64,000 nucleotides of DNA from Vezdaea acicularis (GCA_026025075.1 JAPEUI010000027.1:62001-126000); one strand, 5' to 3'. Positions 25,130 to 37,453 are shown, counted from the first letter of the stretch. Made by a program: numbers and translations. Notes: generated from the sequence alone by a model not told the origin.

Positions 25130-27531
25130 ATGGAAGCCGAAATAAGGACACAGATCCCCAATATTGACCCGCTCCTGTCCGAGTACTCCGTCGGATACCT
25201 GACGCACGCTTCAACCAACTTCACCGCGCAGGATGTCGACCCGGCCACCCCCTCCCCACTCGAGGAGGCCATCTCGACCATCACCGCATTGCTGATCTCG
25301 GCGTCGGGAGACTTTTCCTCTCAGAACCAAACCACCATCCACAACTTGGTCGACAAGTTCGTGTCGAAGCTCAGTGCAGCAGATGGCATCGATGGCAAGC
25401 GACGACAGATGGCCTCGGGGGCGAGGAAGCTCGACCAGACCATCCAGGTGGGCGCCCAGCGAAACATGTCGTCTACCTTGGGCCTGGCGGGAGGGGGGGT
25501 GGACCTCGAGTCCGCCAATGCCCGAAAGGTTGAGTCTCGAGTCGACCGGAAGAAGCTCGAGAAGGCCGAGCGGAAGATCCGTGCAAAGCAAGACAAGAAG
25601 GTCATGAAGAACGTCGAATATGAGACGTCTCGCCTGCTCGAGCAGACCACCGATGCCCAGTCCTATGAAGAGTTCTACATGGCTGTCAACCCGCTGCAGC
25701 TCGGCGAGGCTGCGTCGAAGAGCAAAGACATCAAAGTTGATAGTATCGACGTGGCTATTGGAGGGAAGCGGATCTTGACCGACACGAACCTGACACTTGC
25801 CTACGGCAGGCGATATGGCTTGGTTGGACAGAACGGTATTGGTAAGAGTACGCTGCTACGCGCACTGAGCAAGAGAGAAGTGCCAATCCCCACGCACATT
25901 ACGATTCTCCATGTCGAGCAAGAGGTATGTGTCAATCCCTTCCTAAGCCGGAAGGCTGGCAATTGGCATTGTTTGCAGAATATAGACTAAGTCATGATGC
26001 AGATCACTGGAGACGACACGCCCGCTCTTCAAGCTGTTCTTGATGCAGACGTCTGGAGGAAGTTCTTGCTCGCAGAACAAGAGGTTTGTTACGCCAATCC
26101 CTAGTCACTATCTACCTACGAACTTGACTGACCCTCCATCAGAAAGTGAGCAAGCAACTGGCTGAGCTAGAGGCAGAGCGGTCGTCGCTGGCGGATACAT
26201 CATCAGATGCAGAAAGGATAGATAAACTCAGAGAGGACCTGGACGGAAAACTGACCGACATCCACGCCAAGCTCTCTGAAATGGAGTCGGACAAAGCGGA
26301 ATCCCGCGCGGCAAGCATCTTAGCCGGCTTGGGCTTCTCGACGGAACGCCAGCAATTCCCCACCCGGACCTTTTCTGGAGGATGGAGGATGAGGCTGGCG
26401 TTAGCAAGAGCCCTGTTCTGTGAACCGGACCTTCTCCTCCTCGACGAACCGTCCAACATGTTGGACGTCCCTTCAATCACTTTCCTCTCCAATTACCTTC
26501 AGGGATACCCCAATACCTTGCTTGTCGTCTCCCATGACCGAGCCTTTCTCAACGAGGTCGCAACGGACATTGTCCATCAGCACTCCGAAAGGCTCGACTA
26601 CTACCGAGGTGCGAATTTCGACACCTTTTATGCTACCAAGGAGGAGCGGCGGAAGACGGCGAAGAGAGAATACGAGAATCAAATGGCTCAAAGGCAGCAT
26701 CTTCAGTCCTTTATCGATCGCTTCCGTTACAATGCTGCCAAGTCTTCCGAAGCCCAGTCGAGGATCAAGAAGCTCGAGAAGATGCCTGTGCTGGAGGCCC
26801 CAGAAAGCGAGTACACCGTGCACTTCAAGTTTCCCGAAGTGGAAAAGCTTTCGCCTCCGATCATCCAGATGAGCAACGTCTCGTTCGGATACACGCCGGA
26901 TAAACCGCTTCTGAAGCATGTGGACCTCGATGTACAGCTTGACTCTCGAATCGGTATCGTCGGCCCCAACGGCGCTGGTAAGACGACTGTGCTGAAGCTT
27001 CTGATCGGGCAGCTCGAGCCAAGCTCCGGACTGATCTCGCAGAACCCGCGACTTCGGATCGGCTTCTTCGCTCAGCATCATGTTGACGCTCTCGACATGA
27101 ATGCCAGCGCTGTGGGCTTCATGGCTAAAAACTATCCAGGGAAGCAAGACGAAGAATACCGTCGGCACTTGGGAGCCTTTGGTATCACAGGCATGACGGG
27201 CCTGCAGAAGATGGAGCTGCTCTCAGGAGGACAGAAGTCGCGCGTAGCCTTCGCCTGTCTTTCCCTTACGAACCCCCACATCTTGGTCTTGGACGAACCG
27301 TCGAATCATCTCGACATCGAAGCCATGGACGCGTTGTCGAGCGCGCTAAGGGCGTTCCAGGGCGGAGTCCTGATGGTCAGCCACGATGTGACGATGCTGC
27401 AGACTGTCTGCTCGAGCCTGTGGGTGTGTGATGGCGGGACGGTGGAGAAATTCCCGGGAGATGTCAAGGCGTACAAGAAGAGGATCACGGCGCAAGCGAA
27501 TGAGGCTGGGGTGGTGACGAAGCAAGTATAG
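25130..27531 (+). CDS. GCN20: ABC-F family protein Gcn20
   Basis: Two ABC domains with no TM segments: GQNGIGKST, FSGGWRMR, LLLLDEPSNMLD; GPNGAGKTT, LSGGQKSR, LVLDEPSNHLD. N-term extension of Gcn20 type; two introns. Confidence 0.9.
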
Positions 27532-28573
27532 CTGCCGCAGAGAACAGATCGGAGAAAGGGGATTAGCTGCTCTTTCAGCTGTGCAAGGCTTTTCAGAGTA
27601 CAACAGCCCGAAGTCCAATGCAGGAAAGGAGATGGCGATCAACAATCTGGTGAGTGGACGGGAGCGTACGTGACAGATTTAGAGAAGAACACGCTCTCAG
27701 TGCTTGCTCTTCTTAGGCCCAGGTCATATGAAGCGCCTGTCAACCTACGAGGCCCAGAATTCACAATGTCAGAGGCTGACAGAGATACACCTGTCTAATC
27801 GCAGAAGCCGTTCAGGGAGGTCAATCCAGTGCTCGCAGCTCTCATTATGACTGCTTGAGCACTAATATCGTATATCTTCAACATCATCGAACCTTGGAGA
27901 TTCCATGTGCTAGACTGAATGCGGGGCTTGGGGACGAGGCCCGGCTGTGCACCACCTCGTCTAGAACTTACCCCTAAATTGAGCGATATGCACGCGTGTG
28001 GACTTCCCCCACTACGCGGCAACGCTGAACCATATTCGCGAAACTAGCTGATTGTACGACTTGGCTGTCAGTCCCTTGATTGCTAGAAATCCTTCCCGCT
28101 TCCATATGATTATCACGTCTTGAATGTCCTAACGTTCTCTTGGGTTTGATAGTCGAGTCCATGCGGAGGTCCCGCCTAGCGAGAGTGTGGCTCCCAAAGC
28201 TTATCCCACACGCGAACATCTATGACCGCAGCTGCAGACTTACGTAGCTGCTCAGCCACCACGCCCTCGAAATTCTGCTGTCACTTTTCTCGATGTGCAG
28301 CGAATAATTCTGCATGATTCCCCACATGATGTCTTGCTAGAAGCTTGATGGATGCTTAGTTGTGCGCTTGGGGGCTCTTGATACCCCCTCCTGTCGTAGG
28401 TCCGCCCACCAACTGCCTCGCCTCGGAGCTTGGCCTAAGATCTTCGGCCGTTCATCGTCGTCATATCTTAACTTCACATAGCTCTTTCGTCCAGTATGTC
28501 TTTAAGAGGCTTTCTCCCCTCTCCAGATCCAGATTGAAATCCCGAGAATACTACATATATCAATGCACACGTC

Positions 28574-30196
28574 ATGAAAAGTACCGCCATGCGTTCCCAA
28601 TTCATCTCTAGCGCCATTCTGGTGATGACCGCATTCGCTAGCCTCGGCATCGCGAAGACAACGACTACGAAATCTACAACCTCACAAACGACAACATCAA
28701 TCGATTGCGCCAAGACACTTACGCCCAAGAATGGGGCGCCGGTACTTGCAGAGGGCTATACCGCCAAACTGGTTGCAGCAAACCTTACCAAACCGCGGTC
28801 CATACTCTTCGATACCAATGGCCACCTCCTCGTCGTAGCAGTGGGGAGGGGGGTCGTGAATATTCAGTTTGACGACGGCGGGGGTACCTGCCTCAATGTG
28901 CTGAACCAGAAGACCGTCATCGACGACGGAAAGGTGAAGCCTACCCATCCCCAGCTACCTTCCCCGACGCATGCTAACCCCCGCAGCTCAACCTCGGGCT
29001 CAACCACGGCCTCGCCCTCTCCAACGACGGCCGGACCCTCTACGCCTCGGGCCCCGACAGGGTCCACGCCTGGTCCTACGACCCCGAACAGATCTCTGTG
29101 AGCGCGCAGAGCCGCGTGATAGTCCGGAACCTGAATGGCACAGACCACACTACACGCACTCTTGAGCTCTCCAAAAAGAAGAACAATACCCTGATCGTCA
29201 GCCGCGGTAGCCTCTCCAACTTCGACTACGGCACGCTTAACATCTCCACCGGCCGCTCGCAAGTTCGCGCGTTCGACCTGAGTACCGTGCCAGATGGCGG
29301 ATATGACTACGACTCCGCGGGCCGCGTTCTGGGCTGGGGCCTGCGCAATTCCGAGGGCATCGCGGAACACCCCATCACTGGCGGTGTGTGGGCGGTAGAG
29401 AACTCCGCGGACGAGATCACGCGCAAGAAGCGGAAGATTGAGCAGGACAACCCGGCCGAGGAGCTAAATTATCTGGGTCTCATCACCGACACGGAGACGG
29501 GTGGGAACTATGGGTATCCCCTCTGCTTGGCGGCCTGGAACGTAAGCACTATTCAGGATCCCGGGAATCTGACCGTGGGCGCGCAGTTTGTTGTTGATGG
29601 GCCGAATACGACCATCGATGATGATTTCTGCGCGCGCAATTACATCCCTCCTCGTCTATCGTTCCAGGCGCATATGGCGCCCATCGATATCAAATTCACG
29701 GCTGATGCAAGCCAAGCATTCATCTCCTTCCACGGCAGCTGGTATAACCCCTCCCCCCTCTTCCCCCCCTCAGTACCTCTCACGCACTTACCCCCATCAT
29801 AGGGACCGCACCTTCCCAGTCGGCTACAAAGTCTCCCTCATCTCCTTCAGCAATGGCAACCCCACCGCTCCCTCTACCAGCACTACCGCTGCTACCGACA
29901 TTCTAAGTAACCCCGACCTCTCGAAATGTCCGGAAGCCTGCTTCCGCCCGACCGGCCTTGTCTTTGATAGTACGGGCCGCCTCTTCGTCGCCTCGGATGC
30001 TACCGGCGAGATCTTCGTTGTGGCTAAGCAGGGGACTAACGGTCCCGGCGCGGTAAGTGGTCCGGGAAGCGCGACTGGGACCGCATCGGCGGCTATTCCG
30101 TCGAAAAGTACAGGGGTGGCTGCGGGGTGGAGTGGGATTGGGTCTGGCGGGGCGGCGCTCGTCGCTGCTGGAGTGTTGGGCGCGTTGGTTATTTAG
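28574..30196 (+). CDS. Secreted, probably GPI-anchored PQQ-type glucose/sorbosone dehydrogenase beta-propeller (AA12-like)
   Basis: N-terminal signal peptide; motifs KPRSILFD, LNHGLAL, HTTRTL, GWGLRNS, ENSAD, PAEELN, AHMAPIDIKF, SFHGSW and CFRPTGL; S/T/G-rich linker and hydrophobic C-terminus. Two introns. Confidence 0.85.
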
Positions 30197-30609
30197 GCGT
30201 CCAATTCCTATAACTTTGGTTTTGTCTGGTTTGTCCTATTCACGTCTGGGCGGTGGAGTTTCTGTGCAAGGGAATCGTGCTTACGGCTTGGAGCTCACAT
30301 CGGGCTGTTATGGCTCGAGACGTCAACTTGAAATCGGCATGCAAAAGTGTATATTGGTTTCCGCCATTAGCTCCCTGTTCACAAGAAGTACTTTTGCCAG
30401 GGCGGCGAGTCTCATTTCCTTAGCATCCCGAGGTTTCACGAAACTTCACTTCATCATCATCGAGGCGAGCGCTAACCTCTTTCCTTGGGCGTTCGCCAAT
30501 TTCATGAAATAGCTGCACCGTGATTTGAGGTTTTCTTTCTCTCTCTCTCTTCGATTTTCCTTCTTCCGTTGATTCGAACTTTTCGTGGCGTTCGTTGTTC
30601 TAGTGATTT

Positions 30610-30926
30610 TGGTGCGTTTTCTCGTTTCCTTAAACAACCTATTTTGCTGATAGGGGCGTCGTTTCTTGGGCTATTTTCTTGTTCTGTGATGTTATTCTGC
30701 TCTCCTTGGGGAGCTGTTTTCTCCGCGACCTCCTATTATCCTAAACCGACATAGGCTCTGGTGCGTTTTCGTTTCCGTACACGATCTGTTTTGCTGATAG
30801 GGGGCATCGTTTCTTTGGCCCTCTATTATTCTGCGATATCATTTTGCTATCTTTGGTACGCTGTTTTCTCGGCGACCTCCCATTCTCATAAACCGACATT
30901 CGCTCCTGATGTGTTTCTCGTTCTGC
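30610..30926. repeat. Degenerate ~149-bp tandem repeat (2 copies + partial third)
   Basis: Copies start at 30610, 30759 and 30907. Shared blocks: tggtgcgttt, ttttgctgatagggg, gctgttttctc..cgacctcc and taaaccgacat. Confidence 0.8.
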
Positions 30927-31269
30927 GGGCAACATCCCCGTTCACGAACATGTTTTAGCTTGATTCGCAGAGTCTGCTTTCTCGGCGTTCCCCTAGTTCA
31001 TGAACACGATCATAACAACAGTTATGATGTCATTTTCTCGGCGTACCCACCCAATTTTTCAATTTACTCAACTGAAACCCACGTGAGTCCAAATCTTTAC
31101 ACAGATTCAAGCTGGTGGCTTGTGCTTGAGGTTGAGAGCAAAGAGTCCAGGTGAAGTCACCAACTCTCCAGGCGACCATTTTCCGCAAGATGCTTTCCCA
31201 GGTGAAGCCAAGGGCTAAATTTTTAGCAGGCACCCTATTCTTCACGCTACATCATTCACGTGTGACAGG

Positions 31270-33029
31270 ATGGCGCCGTTGCTGAAGGTACCTCCTGAGG
31301 TAAGAATCCCTATCTGAACATCTGATCACGTGCATGCGCTCCAAGTCACTATCTCTCACCTCATTCAATCAGTGACCTTTCGCTAACTCGGCGTACGCCC
31401 GTCAATAGATGATCCAGGCGATTGCCGGTTATTTAGAATCCGACAAAGAATTTGCCGCCTTTGTCAAAACCTGCCGGCAGATCCACGATCAGCTTCTCGG
31501 GCCGGGCTCTGGCATTTTCCGCCGGAGGTTCCTTCAGGTCTTTGATGATGCCCTTTACGAGCGTGTCGAAGAATATGAAGCCGCGTATAAGAAGCGTAGG
31601 CCCCTTATCCGTGACCTTACGCACATCACGTCGTGCAAAACGAAACGTGAGATGAATGCTTTGGAGGTCATCAAGACCCTGATCATTGGTATGGACTTAT
31701 AGCTTCCTTCTGACGCTATATACACGTTCTGTTGGCTCCTATGGGACTAATGGCAGAATAGAAGCGCGAGGTGTGGAGCTCCCAGACGGTACCATCACAG
31801 GCCAAAATATCCAGGCGCTCGTAAAGCTTGCCATATTTTCGAATGTCATCCTTATGAAGAATGGGGGACCGATGAGAGGACCTACTCCTTTCGTGACGGA
31901 CTGGACTTCGCCGCCACTCTTGCAGATCATACGACTTCTCCTGTTCCCAATTGCTCTCGCCCGCGGAGCTGATATCACGAAGTTCAGATGTTTCCACTTT
32001 CCAGCTATCCAGGCAAGGGCTTACAGCACTCTCGACCACAATTTCCTCGCCGGCAGCCGAAAGAAGCACCTCGTCAACGTCAACCGGCTTCTGGCGATTC
32101 AGTACTTCTGGGGTCACCACATGACCTCGTACCTCGAAAGCGATCTCTGCCCGGCTTACCAGGAACTTCCCAACCATGACAGATTCCAGACTTGGACGGG
32201 AGGGCTTGCTGAGAATAACGAAGGATTCGGCCGCTACTGGAAGGGCAGCCATTGTACGAGCACCTTTTCTCTGGTCACTCTGACGATTACAAGCTAACAA
32301 CAACTGCATAGCCTTCCTGACTGCCGCACAGCTCATCAAGCTCTCCACGCGAAACAGAGACGACTTCCTAATCCAAGACCACATCTCAGGCCAAATCGAG
32401 GTACCCCTCCCTACCTTCCCCAACTCGGCCCCTCCTCCACTAACACCTCCCAACAGACCCTCAACATCCAACCCTTCCGGCCCTACACCGCCACCCACCA
32501 GGACCCCTTCACCTTCTCCAACAGCCAATTCTCCGGCCTCAACCCCACCCCCCTCAAAAAGACCCAGCCCCCCGCCCCCTTCCACCCCTTCCGCGCCACC
32601 GGCTCCGAAGGCACCCACGCCGACGGCTCTCCCCGCCTCTTCGCCGCCGACGGCCGCCTCTACGACATCCCCCCCCAATGCGGCGTCCCGGGCTGGAAAC
32701 ACTTCTACATGGTCCTGCGCTACGACGACGCTACCCCTTGGGACCCACAGACCCAACCATCCCAACCAGCCCAACAAGACCCAGACGAGCCCCAGGGATG
32801 GCACGCCTACGCCCGCGCTTACGACGGCATCGTCTTGCCTGGCGGCCGCGTCGTGCTGGGGCGCTGGCTCGAGATCGGATCACACCCGCATGCAAAGTCC
32901 GTCTCCGGCCCGTTCGTTTGGTGGAGGGTTAGGACTAATGCTGGGGATGGATGCGTGGATCATTGGGGTAGAATCGAGGAGAGGGAGAGGCGCAAAAGGG
33001 ACGGGTTGGAGGGGTTTACGATTTGGTGA
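31270..33029 (+). CDS. F-box-like domain protein, 5 exons
   Basis: MAPLLKVPPE|MIQAIAGYLESDKEFAAFVKTCRQIH is an F-box-like N-terminus. Splice phases stay consistent through to AYDGIVLPGGRVVLGRW..GPFVWW. Confidence 0.7.
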
Positions 33030-33332
33030 GGAAGGGTCGAGGGGGTGTGGGTATTGGATTGAGGGGGGGTTCGGGGTATGCCGGCTGAGCCCTGTGCGTG
33101 GCGCTTGAGGGCGGGAATTTGCTCGGGCTTGGGGTGGTGTTCTGCGGGACAGGTGTGGAGGTGGTTGTGCCATTATCTCACATGCCTCGACTTGTCTTGA
33201 TATATGTGATCAATAGGGGTGGCGTACACGGTGACAGGAATCAGGCATTGAGATGCATATTTCAAATCCTATGCCCGCCGTGCTACATGTTATCCACCAC
33301 AGACGACACGGAATTTCACCCGGCCCCTCCCC

Positions 33333-34398
33333 CTACTCAGTAATCTCCCTTACAACCTCCCATCCGCCCTTCAGATTCTCCTTCCAGAGCGTCACCTTGC
33401 CATCGCCACCACTAACCGCGAGCACATTCCCACTCAAGCTCCAACTGGCCCTCCACACGACAGCCTCGAAGTTCAGGACGGTGCTGGTCCACTCGTTCGG
33501 TGCGGCGGGCGTGGCGGTCCAGATCCGCACGGACTTGTCCTGGCTCGCGGAGGCGATGTAGGAGCGCGAGAGGGTGGAGGGGGACCATGCCACGTCGCGG
33601 ACCCAGTCCGTATGGCCCCTCAGAGTGGCTTGTGTGGTGTATGTTTTGGTATCCGGGCTCCACTCCCAGATCTTGACGAGATTATCGCTGCCACCGGTAA
33701 CGAACCTTCTGACGGTGCCGGGGGCGGGTTTGGCGCTGACGAGACTGCCGGCGACGCCGGCGGGGGCCCAGGAGACGGCGTTGACGCCGATGCCGTGCGC
33801 GGGGAAGATCTGGTGGCTCCAGCTGTTGTCGGCGAATTCGAGGACGGAGACGTTGCCGTCGGAGGAGGCGCAGGCGAGGAGGCAGCCGCTTTCGTGCGGG
33901 GACCAGGAGAGCAGGTTCACCGAGGCGGTGTGCCCCGTGAAAGCGAAGATGCGCGCCCAGCTGTTGTTGGCTTCGCGCCAGATGAAGACCCGGCCGTCGA
34001 AGGAGGAGGAGGCCAGGATGCAGCCATATTTCGGGTGGGCCCAGGATACGCACCAGACGGCGCCTTCGTGGCTAGAGCGGGGTTAGCTTGGATTTGGGGG
34101 GGCTGTTTGGGAAGGTGGAGGGGGGGTACCCTCGGAGTGTTTCGGTCAGTCGGTGGTTCTCGCCTTCAATCTCGAAGATCTTGATGGTCTTGTCGGAGGA
34201 GCAGGTGGCGAGGCGACGGCCGTAGTAGTCCAGGACGGCGTCATGCTGGGGTTCGTTAGCAGGTGGTTTACGAAATATTTGAGAGGACGGAGGGCTCACG
34301 ATCATGTCCTCATGCCCCGAGTTGGGTATGACCTGCGCCTATGCCTCTGCGTTAGGATCACACATGCACCAATTCATTGAGGCTCTGTAGCTCACCAT
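33333..34398 (-). CDS. SEC13: COPII coat / nucleoporin Sec13 (WD40)
   Basis: ATG-only first coding exon, then [68 protein letters not shown]. Confidence 0.96.
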
Positions 34399-34883
34399 TT
34401 TGAAGGACGGTTGTGAAAGGAGTAAAGGAGTGTGTAGTCCGTGTATCGATTTCGGACATCCGAATGTTCGGACAGATTTCGTGAGTCGGACCCTGATTCG
34501 TTAATCTTATCAGATGGCGCTAACCCCGAACCGGCCTTTGGTGGGGTGATGGCAAGGTTGTCGTCGGAAATCACAAGCCTTTTCATGGAACACCAGAGGT
34601 CGTTGATGGAGGACATTGGGACAACACGTCACCCGGGAATTGTGGGATGGGAGTGTGGAAATGTTCGATGAATCTTATTTGTGTGCGCCGCTCACTCCTT
34701 ACGTATTAGACTGAACCTTCCTAGATCACCCGACCCCGGATTTCGCTGAAGCCAGACCTCGGCTCCACAAGTAACGGGCTATGAGCGCATGCGGATGACC
34801 TCTCAGGGCAACAAACCACCTCGACTTTACGTTTCGGTCACCTCTTCACCATTTTTCCTTTCAAGGATAACTTTCATTTCGCC

Positions 34884-36389
34884 ATGGCAGATGCTCTTTG
34901 CGGCCCCTCAAACCCGCTGCAAAACATCCAGAAGCAGACCTCCGTAGATCGGACTTTGCAACAAGATCGTCTTCATTCGCGCCACTCGCCATTAGAGGTT
35001 AGCAAAGACGCGCCTTTCAGCCCTACGAGAAATCATAGACAATACTAATAAATTGCTCAGGGCTTCCGATCTCCTGGTCCTAATGCAGGGATTCTAGATC
35101 CTGAATTTGAGGCTTTCCAAAACAGCACTGCTCTTCCCCAACAAAGCCTCCAACAAGCGCTTCCTTACAGATTTCAAGATGCATTACAACCACGCCCTGC
35201 CTTCTCACAATCCGCTGCTAGCCCGTCTAATTGGGCTGCAGACTTCCAAAGTCTCGCCCTCACAAGTCCACCGCCGAACCTTCAACAGGATGCCCCGCGC
35301 TTCCAGTCCCCTCCGCAACAATCTGGGCATGTAGGTTGGGACCAAGAGTTCGCCAAGCAAAACATGCCTCAAGCGCATGGAGAGCCTACGCATTCTCGCT
35401 TTGTGCCCGAAGTTTACAATCCGATGGGTCTAGGAATGAACCAGGGGCCTCTAGGTTTCAATAACAACTTCGCTCCACAGGCTTTCGCAAGCCCGGTCTA
35501 TGGAGCCAACCCGACTCCACAACTTACAGAAAATCAGGCCGAGAGCAGCAAACTGTTACAGCGCCAGTTTGAAGATCTTGTATCTGACCAGAACAATAGG
35601 GTGTTTCATTCCATCATGGAGGACAGGGAGACGACGCGAAGTGTCCTTCGTTTAATGGAGCGTCAGAATGATGTTATCAATGAGATACATAGTCTCAGAG
35701 AGACTGCGAATCATGTAAATGACCATTTGGCGCTTAACACATACCTAGGTCCGATAGAGCGAAATCAAGAGGGGATTCGTCACATAATATCGGAAAGTGC
35801 GCAAAAGTTCGGCGCCATCGAAGAGGAACAAGCCTCTATCGTACGCAAAATATATAGCGAGATCAACAATACATATCTACTGTACGCAAAAGGCGTATCT
35901 TATAAGGCCTGGAACTTTGCAGATTCTCAAGGGCTCATAGAAACTATCACCTTGTCCCCGCAAAAGATCTTAGAACTGCACAGAGCGAAGCCACCCCAAT
36001 ATTTCAATGAATGGGTAACTGAGGATCACCCGACGATAAACTCGATGAAGCCAGGGCACACTGATAAGATACTACTTCGGGAACCAGCAGTAACACGCAT
36101 TGGTGCTGATACAATCGATCCTAACTCTCAATTAAGCACCCAGAAGCCTGGGCAAGCAGACCCTACCGAGCTCTCCAAGACAGCCGGGCGTCTCCTCGAT
36201 ACTGTGAAAGACAATAAAAGCTCAAAGTTTCAGCAAAGCGGCTTCCTTGCCCTCATGAAGAAGCTGCGAGATAAGGAGGTCATTCTGGGTGGAGTGAATG
36301 GTACGGAGTTCGTGTCGGCCACTGAGGATTTGACGATGCATGGTGGATCCGGCCCAGATGACTTGATACATCTAAACGAATATCCTTAA
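34884..36389 (+). CDS. PEX20: Peroxin 20 (PTS2 co-receptor)
   Basis: MADALCGPSNPLQNIQKQTSVDRTLQQDR carries the conserved N-terminal Cys. WxxxF motifs WAADF and WDQEF; C-term Pex7-binding-type box ELSKTAGRLLDTV..SKFQQSGFLALMKKLRDKEV; no TPR domain. Intron 34998-35060. Confidence 0.82.
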
Positions 36390-36391
36390 AT

Positions 36392-37453
36392 TCAGCCCTC
36401 CGGGTCCACAATGTCGCTTTCGTTTTCGTTTTCCGTGCTCATCTCTCCGGTGTTTGACGTTCCCAACTCAACATCTCTTTCCCGGACTTCAAGTTCTACA
36501 TCACTTTGCATACCATCTAGTTCTGCAGGACCGCTTACCATGGACTGCGTAATTCTGTGCCGCTGTAAATTATCAGACGGTAAGGTACGGTATTGATGCC
36601 AGTCGCCGTCTCGATAGAAAAAAGTGGGCGAAACAGAGAGGTCAGCTTTGCGCAAGAGGCTGCGTTCCTCGGGAAGCGGCCGCGAGGGGTCTTTCTCACT
36701 TATGCTGACCTTCATCCAATTTGATTGAAGATGAAGCGCTTTGATAGTTAAGTAGGCTATCACCAAGCTCAGCGATCTGATGTCACACGATTGATTAGTC
36801 AAGCTCTAGCTATTCATGTCGTACGTGATCAACTTTGAAAGGAGCCTTACAGCGAAATAAGGTCGCTTGGAAGACAACTGAAAGCTGCGAAATCTTCGAT
36901 AATGAGTTGAGCTATACTCAACGCCAACCCGAGGACCCAAAAGACGCTCCAAAGTACGTTAAGCCCGGCCACAACTGCTGCATTAATGTTCATCGTAAGA
37001 TAATAATTGGACAAGACCAAGACATATCCAACAAAAGCTGTGCTGGAAAAGGTTATCCGAATAATACTGAGAAGAAGATAACATTAACTCCGTGGTTTCT
37101 ACCTACGACGAATGGAAGTGGGAGGTACAGGGAAGGCGGGGAAAGAGATTCACCATATATTGCTGTAGTAATTTATGGCGACCAATACAGTACTGACAGC
37201 GAGGTGAAACAACCCGTGAAGTGCTTGCAGGACAAACAACCCGAGTATACCCCTGGGCCTCCATATGGCGAGATTCAGCATAGCTTCAGGAAATACAATA
37301 TGACCCTCGAACACCGAGAATAAAGATGGCTTGCGAAAGCCTTTAAACAATGTATCCTCTGATATACATGACTCTTGAGGAACCAGCGGTCAGAATGAGG
37401 CTTATACCTGGCCTGTGCGGGTGAGAACTTTTCGCTCTGCAGGATCTAACCAT
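36392..37453 (-). CDS. Putative 4-exon, ~4-TM membrane protein (MARVEL-like topology)
   Basis: Three GT-AG introns join in consistent phases: MVRSCRAKSSHPHRPG|FRKPS..GLFVLQALHGLFHLAVSTVLVAINYYSNIC|IIRITFSSTAFVGYVLVLS..VVAGLNVLWSVFWVLGLALSIAQL..DLISL|SLSLVIAYLTIKAL, then an acidic tail. Confidence 0.6.

Noticed and set aside
31716..32804. 362-aa minus-strand ORF
   Set aside because: Antisense shadow of the C-rich F-box gene exons.
36835..37323. 162-aa plus-strand ORF
   Set aside because: Antisense to the hydrophobic exons of the spliced minus-strand membrane gene, which has better splice support.
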